Shown: piece by piece, positions 1 through 14,604 of the stretch
Layout: the number at the start of each line of letters is the position of its first letter
Numbering within the stretch: the first letter of the stretch is position 1
Assembly: GCA_002269645.1 (NCBI GenBank)
Contig: NIVC01001945.1
Span: 124,001-188,000 of the forward strand
DNA: 64,000 bases
Source: Macrostomum lignano
Lineage: Eukaryota
Direction of reading: 5' to 3'
Translations under genes and position numbers: made by a program
Notes under the pieces: model-generated
What the model was told of the DNA's origin: nothing
Seen by the model: the letters and a program-made list of their open reading frames with translations, nothing else
Database searches by the model: none

Positions 1-178
1 CAAGGCAGTAGGAGGGGGGGCAGCAGAGCGGGAGTCTCCAGGCCCGGTCGGAGACCTGGCCGAGTCTCGACAGCTCTGTGCAGAGGGTGCACGGGATAGG
101 AGGCACTTTCGAAAAAGTTCCCATGCCCTATCCCGCGACCAGAGCGTGGTTACATCACATTGATAAATTCTTTTAGAA

Positions 179-583
179 TTGAATAGTTGGCATGTGGAAC
201 TAATTCCACAAGAGGGCCAATGGGAGCCGCCCCATGGCACGAGCCTCGGAATGTGGACCGACGAGGTACCCGCAGGCAGCCGGATGACCGACTTTGTAAG
301 TGGAGGGCCCAAGCTCTACACTTACATTGTCGAGGATGCTGCTGGTGTCCGGAGTCAGGTCCTGAAATGCAAGGGCATCCGCCTGACTCCGGAGATTCGG
401 GAACGCAGCGACGAATTGCGCAGTGCCCTACTACACGGCGGCTCCCTGAAACTGCCGCAGTTTCAGTTCAGGCGCGACAAGGCGTCTTGCACCATACACA
501 CTGTTAGTATGGACAAGACGTTTCAGCGCGTCCTGACGAAACGCGTGTACGGGACCTTCAGCAGGCCTTATGGCTATAAATAA
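179..583 (+). pseudogene. C-terminal fragment of a protein-primed family B DNA polymerase (Polinton/Maverick/adintovirus-like pPolB), 5'-truncated
   Basis: The translation contains EPPHGTSLGMWTDEV, FVSGGPKLYTY and VLKCKGIRL, the typical C-terminal pPolB motifs. The upstream YxDTDS motif is absent, and AT-rich sequence follows the TAA at 583. Confidence 0.75.
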
Positions 584-2274
584 TGTAATCCAATTATAAC
601 TAACAATTCAATGTACATTTTGCAATATTAAAATCTATTTATTGTACATAATTTGCATTGTAATACTGCTGTATTTATCAGAATCTATTTGCTGTATATA
701 ATTCAATGTACATAAAACATTTTTGCATTGCGTGTGGCGAAATTGCCAATGTAAAAATCTATTGTACATATTTTGCATGTCAAACCTGTTTAAAATCATT
801 TATGAAGAGAAAAATATTGAAAAACAATGTAAAATTTTCTGTATATTCTATTTGCTGGTGATGCTGTACATGTCTCGATTCCTGTAATATGCTACTGATT
901 AAATGTAAATATATCTTCATTGTAAATACTTATACATGATGTGCGCTACACTGTTAGTTGACTCATTTGGTAGTAGATGAGATTAGTAATTCTCACCTCT
1001 GTGTACATGTAGTATTGTACATGTAATGTTGGTGCGCGCGCGCTGGGGATGACACTGTAGATTAATGTAAGTGTACATATAGAATTGGGGATAGACAATT
1101 TGAGATAGGGATTAATGTACATGGAATTAATGTACAATTTGAGATATATAGGGATTAATGTACATGGAATTAATGTACATATATGAGCACATGGATTATT
1201 ACGACTACATATTGCCATATCACGCTTAGGATAGCGTTTTTGTATACTACTTACTTCATTTTCAGATAGTAGTATAATTTGCGTTTTTTGCGTCAAATCT
1301 GCCTAAAAATCAACACTTATCTGCGCATTACGTAGTGCGGAGATATGAAGATATCTTTTTTTAATCACATAATCAAATGATTGCATTTGATCTGGGCAGT
1401 GTTATATTTTATATAGATGTGTAGTGAAAAGTTCATATTCATATTCATTGATATTTCATAACATGCTGTGCATGCCAAATTTAAAGATGGTTAATCATCA
1501 CTGCCCCAGATCAAGTGCGATCATTGATTTTTTTCCTATCTCAGCAGTGTATTTTTTCAGGAAATTTGCCTCCAAATAATACGATTTTTAAGTTTTACCT
1601 TTTGTTATACCATAGTGATGTCTGAGAGTAGTGTATGTAGCTCGCATTACAATTGAAAATTTTTCCTAGGCTTCCTTAGTTTCTGTGTTCCGCACCAACT
1701 AGTAGTCAGTAAGGGATCTGAGTACATGGCCCACGAGGGGCGAACTCACATTAGGTAAATGTGCCACCAGCCTTTTTACTACAGACAGAGAGGCTGTGTG
1801 CACCCTGGCGCACTTAAATCGACCTTGTGACACAACCGGCGAGAGGCATTACTGCATGCCCATTTTGGCAAACGGCAACTTAAACCGAGGGACTCTGTGA
1901 CATCCGCCAGCTTTTCGTTTTTCGAGGAGGCTCTTCCCCCTCCTTTTCGTTCTGGCCTGGCGTGGAAGCGGCTAGCTTCCTCGTCTTGGTCTGCTGGTGG
2001 GGGACGGATCCCCCCTGCTGCTTTTTTGCGGGGCAGGTGGCTGCTAAGTAGTTGGCTGCTGGCTAAGCGCCAACTACCCATCGACAGCCCTTAGTTGCAA
2101 CTGGTACCACACGGGTTCTCGAGGGCCGCTCTTGTGGGGGAGGGCTCGGGCGTCGGCTGTCAACTCGACCTGGCGCCTGTGTCCCAAGCCCGCAGCCGGC
2201 CTCCCGCCCCCTGATCTTGCAGAGTGTGGACCGGGGGCCTGCCGGAGCCTCGCCTGGGAGCAATCCTGGGATAA

Positions 2275-7187
<4,913 letters not shown>

Positions 7188-7247
7188 GGGCCTCGCGGCC
7201 TATTCGCGGCGCCTGCGCCCCCCGTCAGTAGTAAGTAAGTAAGTAGT

Positions 7248-7511
7248 GCCCATTTTGCAGACTCCCCTGAGCAGGCACACAAGCGCACAGGCACACACTC
7301 ACACAGGAGTGTACAGCAGTCCTAACTTTATTTATCGTTAGGCATGTACACTTCACTGCGCCTTGGGGGTTGGCCCTCAAGGGCGTTAATTGCACGAGCA
7401 GAGCCAAGTCGAGATTCCAATTGAGCCTCCAAAATTCATGGGGCTAAATAACCAGGAATCGAGTCTGGGCCGCTGGCATATCAGGCCACAGCCGCTGTGC
7501 CACCATTCTCA
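7248..7511 (-). mobile_element. Probable tRNA-derived SINE, apparently interrupted by the LINE
   Basis: The minus strand has an A-box-like TGGCACAGCGG (7502-7492) and a B-box-like GACTCGATTCC (7465-7455). Its 3' part CTGCAAAATGGG resembles the CORE-SINE motif CTGTAAAATGGG. Confidence 0.45.
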
Positions 7512-7981
7512 CTTTTGTATCTTTAAAAAGCTGTAGACATTCCTTTCTGTTTTTACAAAGCACAAAAAAGTACACAATGTTCGTAAGACCTTGTGCGCGA
7601 CTGAGTTTCAATATTTAAATGACACTGCTGCCAAATATAAAATGTAAATAAATGTTTAACAAACTTTTTTAGACTTGAAATTCTGAGTTGTTCGCTATGA
7701 ATAAAATTTACTGTACGAGAAACTACTTATTTAAGTGTTCAAGTAGTATTTTATGTGCATTAAGTTCTTTCAAATCTTTTTGAAATCTTGCTATCAGTAG
7801 AACGTACAGAACAATAAAAAAGATTTTTCTTTCAAGCATTTAAATTGATACATCTCGAGAAACATTATCATAATTTTCGCAGAAGCCCAGTACATTTCTG
7901 GTAGACATGTTTCGATTTTTATACTCGTAGTTAGATTTTCGTCTCTTGTTCACAAACTATTTCGAGAGCAGCGGTGGCAGC

Positions 7982-8353
7982 TCACTGGCCACCTCCGGCT
8001 GGACGGTGCAGTTCAACAGCGGCTCGCTGCGCCAGCACCACCAGTACTTCGTTCTCCCACACGTACCGGCCGGGTTCGGGCTGCTTGGTGTGCCGGCTGT
8101 AAGCGGCCATGAAGTCGGTCATCAGGCAGTCGCGCTCAGACTCGGCCAGCTGCCAGGTGAACGGCACCAGCCAGGTGAGATGGCCGCGGCACTCCGCCTC
8201 GCTCTCCGTGGTGTAGGTGAAAGCCATGCGCTGGCAGAGGCTGACGGAGAAGCCGGCGGATGTCAGGATGTCGGCGAAGGCGGCCGCAGGATCCGGGGCG
8301 CAGCGCCAGTCGGCGATGTTTGGATCCTGCCAGCGGGTGGAGTGCGCGAACTC
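7982..8353 (-). CDS. Last coding exon (exon 3) of a class I SAM-dependent methyltransferase, JHAMT-like
   Basis: Acceptor ttatccccgcag|GAG, phase 0. The translation EFAHSTRWQDPNIADWRCAPDPAAAFADILTSAGFSVSLC...LVPFTWQLAESERDCLMTDF...VLVVLAQR matches the JHAMT-like C-terminal pattern (DP...GF...PF...D...VV.A). Stop TGA at 7984-7982. Confidence 0.75.
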   Translation of the reverse strand, partial: EFAHSTRWQDPNIADWRCAPDPAAAFADILTSAGFSVSLCQRMAFTYTTESEAECRGHLTWLVPFTWQLAESERDCLMTDFMAAYSRHTKQPEPGRYVWENEVLVVLAQRAAVELHRPAGGGQ

Positions 8354-8399
8354 CTGCGGGGATAAATGGGGACAGGGCGAGTATTATGGCACACCTAGC

Positions 8400-8705
8400 T
8401 GAAAAACTGGGAGGCAGACAATGATGACCCCTGAGGGACTGGGAGACAGACAATGACCCCTGAGGGACTGGGAGACAGACAATGACACCTGAAGGACTGG
8501 GAGACAGACAATGACCCCTGAGGGACTGGGAGACAGACAAGGACACCTGGAGGACTGGGAGACAGACAAGGACACCTGGAGGAGTGGGAGACAGCAATGA
8601 CACCTGCAGGACTGGGAGACAGACAAGGACACCTGGAGGACTGGGAGACAGCAATGACACCTGCAGGACTGGGAGACAGACAAGGACATCTGAAGGACTG
8701 GGAGT
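8400..8705. repeat. Intronic minisatellite, unit about 29-32 bp (GGACTGGGAGACAGACAATGACACCTGAA-like), about 10 copies
   Basis: Tandem units visible directly in the sequence. Confidence 0.9.
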
Positions 8706-9569
8706 CAGACAGAAATTGGGGAGTTGTAAAACAGAGTCACGGGAAAATATGAAGAACTGAATAGGTCCGACAGGAAGGTGAATGGTCCGGGATTACCAAT
8801 AAATATAACGTAAAAGGTAAAATCCCTTCCATTAAAAACTAACGGAAGTCTGAAATTCAGCCAAAGTGCGTCGACTTCTTTGAACCGAATTCCGTAAATT
8901 GCGCTACACAGTCCACAGGAATTCAGTATTAAAGGGCGCAATTTACTGCATGTTTTAGCTAGAATAATTTGCAACGAGAAATTGGAGAAAATATATTACT
9001 CAATAGCTAGCTACTGTTAACCTAAATAAGAAGTATTCATTAAAAGTAGTTTAGTTTGCTGACACACCAAGGATAAATAATGAATTTAAAGAATTTAGAT
9101 TTCATTAATAGTTAAGATTCAACATTTGTTAATTAACTTTCTTCAGGTTTCTTAGAAGCGATAGCTGTAGGACTGGCTGACTCTACGAGAGAGTTGATTC
9201 TTAGAAAACCGAGAGAAACTAAGACTGGCACAAAAGCACATCACACGCGAGGAACAATGGCTTACCATGGGAAGACAGGTCCTTATAAGGCTAGACTAAA
9301 TATAATAAATAGAATCATTCCTGTCCTTCCTTAGCTTTGGGCCTTGCGAATCATCTATAAACAAGCCCGCAGTCTGAATTTGGAGCTTGTACACTTGAAG
9401 GTCAAGGTCAAAATGTACTTTTTTACGCATTTGCACACACGTGTAATGCAACATTTATAATGTACAAATGAACCATGTCAGACTAATGTAGTGTTAAACG
9501 TTACATTTAATTTTCATGAGCAAAAGAAGAAGTTAAAATTTTAAAGATACAACTCAAGACAAGACTCAC

Positions 9570-9896
9570 TTTGATAATAGGGCCCCATTTTTCTGTTGTT
9601 GCCAAATCCTTCATAGTGGCTTGAAAATTTGGCCCAGGTTTAATGCCAATCACATGAAACATAATAGTCTTGCTTGGCTTCATCAAACATTTTAGACTCT
9701 CTAAGCAGTTGGTCAGGTTCTTGATCCAATGCAATGTTAGAAAGCTAGTGATTATGTCATAGTCCATTGATGGCACATGTGCATGCCAATGAAGTTGATT
9801 GAGATCAACCAAGAGCAACTCAAGCTGTGGTTGGTCTGGTGTACTTTCCTTTGATTTCTGTTCATGCTCGGTTGCAAACTTTAGAAAGTTTGGGTT
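9570..9896 (-). CDS. Exon 2 of the JHAMT-like methyltransferase
   Basis: Acceptor cttttatag|AAC and donor AAA|GTGAGT, 327 nt, phase 0-0. Encodes NPNFLKFATEH...DYDIITSFLTLHWIKNLTNCLESLKCLMKP, the FD...S...LHW...L...LKP motifs of class I methyltransferases. Confidence 0.85.
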
Positions 9897-10551
9897 CTAT
9901 AAAAGGTCAAGGAAAGGACTGATTTGGTCTAAAATATGACAAAAATAAAGACTAATTAGGCTAATAAACATTATAGGCAAAGGCCATTACATTAGGCCTA
10001 ATTCTTTAAAAATAGGCCTAGCCTTTAAAAAACAAGTTTATATCTAGAAATTACAAATAGGATGTAGGCAGTAGGTCTAAATTTTAATCTAGGTCTATGT
10101 TTTGCTTACAAATTATCAAGGCATAGGGCCTATCTAATATTGTAATAATAATTGGTAACATATCTATTTAACACTTAATAAGAATTATGATTAATTGCTA
10201 ACTAAATAAACCTATACGGCTATAGGCCTATTTCTAAAAATAGGGCTAAAATAGGCCTATTTAAAATCTAGAAATAAATATTTTTAAATTAGACCTAGCA
10301 TAAAATTTATCTCTATATTAATAAAATATTAAGGCCTACTTATATAATTACTTATATTTACTTAGGGCCTAGCCTATATATACAACTATATAGGCTAACA
10401 GGACTGCAATAGACTTTTTGCTCTAGAATGCTTTTTGGATATATAGTACAGTTTAAACCTTGACTATAATAAAGCTTTAGACTTAGACAATTATAAAATA
10501 CTTAGACAAACCTTAGACTAGCTTAGAGATTTAATATATTATGACTATAGG

Positions 10552-11447
10552 CAGTGTTGGGCACTAGTCCATTAATAAGCATTAATCCGTTAATAAGTGT
10601 TAATAAGCATTAAGATTTTTTAGTAACATTAATGGACTGCCATTAAGATTTTTTTGAACTAATGGATTAACAAATTTGCATTAATAATTTTGTAAGTTAA
10701 CAACAAATTCATCATTAACATTAATGGCAATGGCAATGTCAATGACCAAAGATGCAAAGAAAGAACAAAAATATAAGTCTGAAAAGAAGTTATAACATTA
10801 TGACTGTATTTAAAATTTATCCAAATGCTTAAATAATCTTTTTGTTTATGACGATGATCATGCAAATATAATAACTTCTTACTAATAAAATAATGAATTA
10901 AAATTGTGAAGGTTATTAGTTGCATGTAAGCATTGATTGCTTTGATTCACTTCTTTTTGAATCTTTTGTAACTTTCTGCTGCGCCTGTTAATGCTACTGA
11001 AACAACCTTCCTATTTGTATTTTATTATAAACTAATTAGCTTTCAATTATTAACTAATTAGTTCAAGTTTCAAAAAAGTAAGTTACTTCTTTTACCATAT
11101 GCTTACTTTTAGTAGTATTATACATACAAGTTTTTAAAAATATTATTATTTATTGTAAAAATTATTTATTACTTTTTTAGCTTGTGAATTGTTTAGATGC
11201 CCTCTGTGTTTCACTAAAAAGATGGAAAAGCAAAGACTGTATATTACGAAGTCTGCTTTGGAAAAAAAGTGCAAGATTTCTGTGTTAACTTTAATAGATT
11301 AATGTTTATTAATGATTATCAGTTAACTTTCAGTTAACTTAACAAAAATAAGACATTAAGAGTTAATAAGTTAAGATTTTTTGTTTTAATGCTAATGCTT
11401 TTGCCATTAATGGAAGTTAAGATTTTCATTAATGGTGCCCAACATTA
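10552..11447. mobile_element. Decayed hAT-type MITE
   Basis: TIRs CAGTGTTGGGCAC and GTGCCCAACATTA (2 transitions from perfect). Near-TSD of 8 bp ACTATAGG / ACTATAAG. Confidence 0.7.
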
Positions 11448-11921
11448 ACTATAAGGTACTTTTATTAGCTTATACAAGTCTAAGAATGTCTTGCATTTTA
11501 CTTTTGCATTTTATCAATATTTTCCTACTATGCCAAGTTGCCTAGATTCTAGCTAGACTATCAGTTTATCTATAATTTAAAACAATTAAAGATAGGCATA
11601 CAAAGTAATAAGATCTATAAAGAAAAATCAAAATAGGCCTAAGGTTTTAAGATACTGACACTAATATTATAGACTGCCATTTTAATTTAGCCTTTAATTT
11701 GATTGATTATACCTAAGTGTAGACCCAGAAAAATTTTGAAAGGGAGAAAGCTATATTAAGCACTAGGCCTACAATCCAATATTGGAAAATAAATCTAATA
11801 TAGTTATAGGCCAAAAAGTATAGCCTACATTTTTGGCCACAACAAAGCAAGAAGCATGACCCCTTGCCCCCCTCTAGATCTGCCTTTGATTATACCAGCC
11901 ATATTCTAATAGCCAAATGTC

Positions 11922-12074
11922 CAACTAACATATCAGCTGCCACTATTGCATGTTATATCTCAAGGCTACATATGGCTATTCAGTCTAAGGACTGAAGGGT
12001 TGCCATATACCTTTAATTACCCTAGCTAATACTATCATTAGTAAAAATTTTATAGCTAAGTAAATTAAAGCAAT
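11922..12074. mobile_element. Heavily decayed copy of the SINE-like repeat at 63732-63900
   Basis: Alignable by eye to 63732-63881 (TCAGCTGC, TATTGCATG, AAGGCT, TTCAGTC, AAGGACTG, AATTACCC, AGCTAAT). Confidence 0.7.
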
Positions 12075-13079
12075 TTAAAGTTACGTGTTTTATTCAAGGT
12101 TATAATTTATTCTAGTAAGATAAAAAATCAAATGTTTAGGCCTACAATCTTGGGATCCTAAGATCTCGAAATCTAAGATTAGGCCCAAATCTTGGGATTC
12201 TAAATCCTAGGATTTTGATTATGCCTGAATCCTAGGATAGAATCACTAATTCCCAACTTTTAAGTCATAATTCTAATACTCTAACCACCAGGCTCTAACC
12301 TAGTGACTAAGCCTTAAATATAGATTAGATAATAAGATAAATTATTTTTTTTCTATAATAAAAGCATTTATAATGATAAAGTGCAGGTAAAGAGCAGAGT
12401 GAGCTGCTATCCCTTTGGATGACCACCCTCCTATCCCCTTAGGTAAAATCCTCTATAATAAGAAGTGACCATTGTCCCATCTTTGTATGAGGTGACCTAT
12501 TATAATTTTTTATATACAAGCTTATTTTATATGCAGTCTTTATAAGATTTTAGCATAATGCACTGCTCTAATTCTAAAAATTTTCTAGGGAAATGAGGTG
12601 ACTACCCAACTATCACACCTTCCTAATTGAAAGTAGGGAATACAAATCCAAAGTTTTGCCAATCCTAGGATTCATAGGATTAGGATATCCTAGACTTTGA
12701 AAATCCTGGGATTCTTGCGATTGGGATATCCCAGACTTTGTCAATCCTAGGATCTTGACAAATTGGGCCAAGATTCTAGGAGCCTATTATCAAAAAGGTT
12801 TCTAATATTTGTTTGTGAAATTTTGGTTTATAAAGCCATATAATATGATTTTAAAGGGCTTTCAATGATAAAAGTACAATAGAAAAAATATTTTGCAAAT
12901 AAGAAACTGATAGTGAGCTCTAAATTGGAGTATGACATATAGGCTAGCCTAATATATGCTTTTTTACATCCTGGTATTAGCTCAAGAAAATCACATTTGA
13001 TTGTGATATATCTAGGGAATGATAGTTTATATAACTATGGCCTAAGGTATTAATACTAAGAATAAGAGGGGGATTAGAC

Positions 13080-14003
13080 TAGGGATTCCAATCCCGGGAT
13101 CCCAGGATCCCGGGATTGGGGCCAAAAATCCGGGATTTGAATCCCGGGATTTTTTTGGGAATCGAATCCCGGGATTTTTAATCCCGGGATTGCAAAAGTC
13201 CGGGATCGGGATCCCGGGATTTCAAGGCCTTAATCCCGGGATTGGTCCGGGATTAGAACGACCTTTCAATGCCTAAATTAGATAATTTAAAGTCTAAACG
13301 TTTATTTGAATAATAAAACATTTATTTGTTTTTGCTGTTTCTCAATGAAACGTTAAACATTTGCAAAGCTCCTGTCCTAATTGAGCCAAAAATTGTTAAT
13401 GTGAACTGTAAATGATAGATAATTTTAACTTTTTTTCGTTTTCCACCACGAGACGAGACTGAGGGCCTTTTCATATTGCTTGTTCTAGTTCCAGAACCAG
13501 AACCAATTTGTGAAGTATAACTTTTTGTCTCCATAACTAGAGGGAGATACGTGCTATAAAGTTTTTATTATTGAATGACAATCGCCAAGAAGAAAGTGAA
13601 AAATCGTGCAAAGTGAGGCTGTTAAGGCAGTCAAATATTAACAGAGTTTAATAGTTATACTGCTGTTTTTCTTGGAATTCCGAACCGATTCTGGTTCTGG
13701 AATTGGTAATATGAAAAGGCCCTGTGACTCTGAGAGTCGCGAGACCATGACTACTGCACGCGGCACGCCGCACAGTCCGTGCTAGGGATTCCAATCCCGG
13801 GATCCCGGGATCCCGGGATTGGGGCCAAAAATCCGGGATTTGAATCCCGGGATTTTTTTGGGAATCGAATCCCGGGATTTTTAATCCCGGGATTGCAAAA
13901 GCACCGGGATTCCGGGATTTTGAATCCCGGGATTTCAACAGCATCGGGATTTCGGGACTATTCAATCCCGGGATTGTAAAATGTCGGGATTTTGGAATCC
14001 CTA
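13080..14003. mobile_element. Young hAT-type non-autonomous element (924 bp) rich in ATCCCGGGAT motifs, with an internal third TIR at 13783
   Basis: TIR TAGGGATTCCAA...TTGGAATCCCTA and a perfect 8-bp TSD GATTAGAC (13072-13079, 14004-14011). A second copy lies at 56894-57833. Confidence 0.93.
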
Positions 14004-14364
14004 GATTAGACCTCACTCTTCTAGGGGCACCTATCCTAGGTAGAGAATTGGTAGGCCTAGCTTTGGTTGTAGTCTAGAAGATTCAAAATCCTGGGATATT
14101 ATAGGCCTAATCCTAGGATTTCAAGATCTTTGGATTACATTCCCTAATTGGACATGCTACACTGCTATTGACTATTATATGATGGTCTATTATAATGAAA
14201 CTATGATTTGTATTTTGTAGCCTATGAATATTAGTAGGCCCTAGGCTTTTGTATTGCTTAAAGATAAGAACAACCTAGTGTAAGGTCTAATAAATTATGG
14301 CGCCAGGAATTTTTGCAATCAAATGAAAAATGCCACATTGCAATATTATATTATTACAACTTAC

Positions 14365-14604
14365 CCAATCAATAGCAGTAATCAAAGTGGCTCCAATCTT
14401 TTCTCCAAACCATTTGGTATTTTCGCAAGTTCCACAACCAAGATCAAGCATTTTATAATTGGGTTCAATAAAACTTGTTGAACTTTTTTCTTGTTGAAGT
14501 TTAGCATTTTGAAAATATTTATTTGTAGCATCATGGATAATTTCTTTGACTAATCAATGGTTTTTAGAATATGTTATAGCATCCAAAAAAGCTTTGCTAT
14601 CCAT
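14365..14604 (-). CDS. Exon 1 of the JHAMT-like methyltransferase (contains SAM motif I; in-frame TGA at codon 17)
   Basis: Translation MDSKAFLDAITYSKNH*LVKEIIHDA...YKMLDLGCGTCENTKWFGEKIGATLITAIDW|GTAAGT. It joins exon 2 in frame (TAIDW-NPNFLKFA). The three exons total 313 codons. Confidence 0.8.

Noticed and set aside
1715-1750. CTGAGTA...CGAAC resembling a hammerhead core
   Set aside because: It deviates from CUGANGA and GAAA, and no stem I/III arrangement was found.
2176-2200. GTCCCAAGCCC resembling the twister ribozyme L4 loop
   Set aside because: The required upstream UAA/P2/GCC and downstream GAGGG pseudoknot partners could not be placed.
14554-14556. Selenocysteine reading of the in-frame TGA
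   Set aside because: It is not a catalytic Cys position in this family and no SECIS was recognised; mutation or alternative splicing is simpler.
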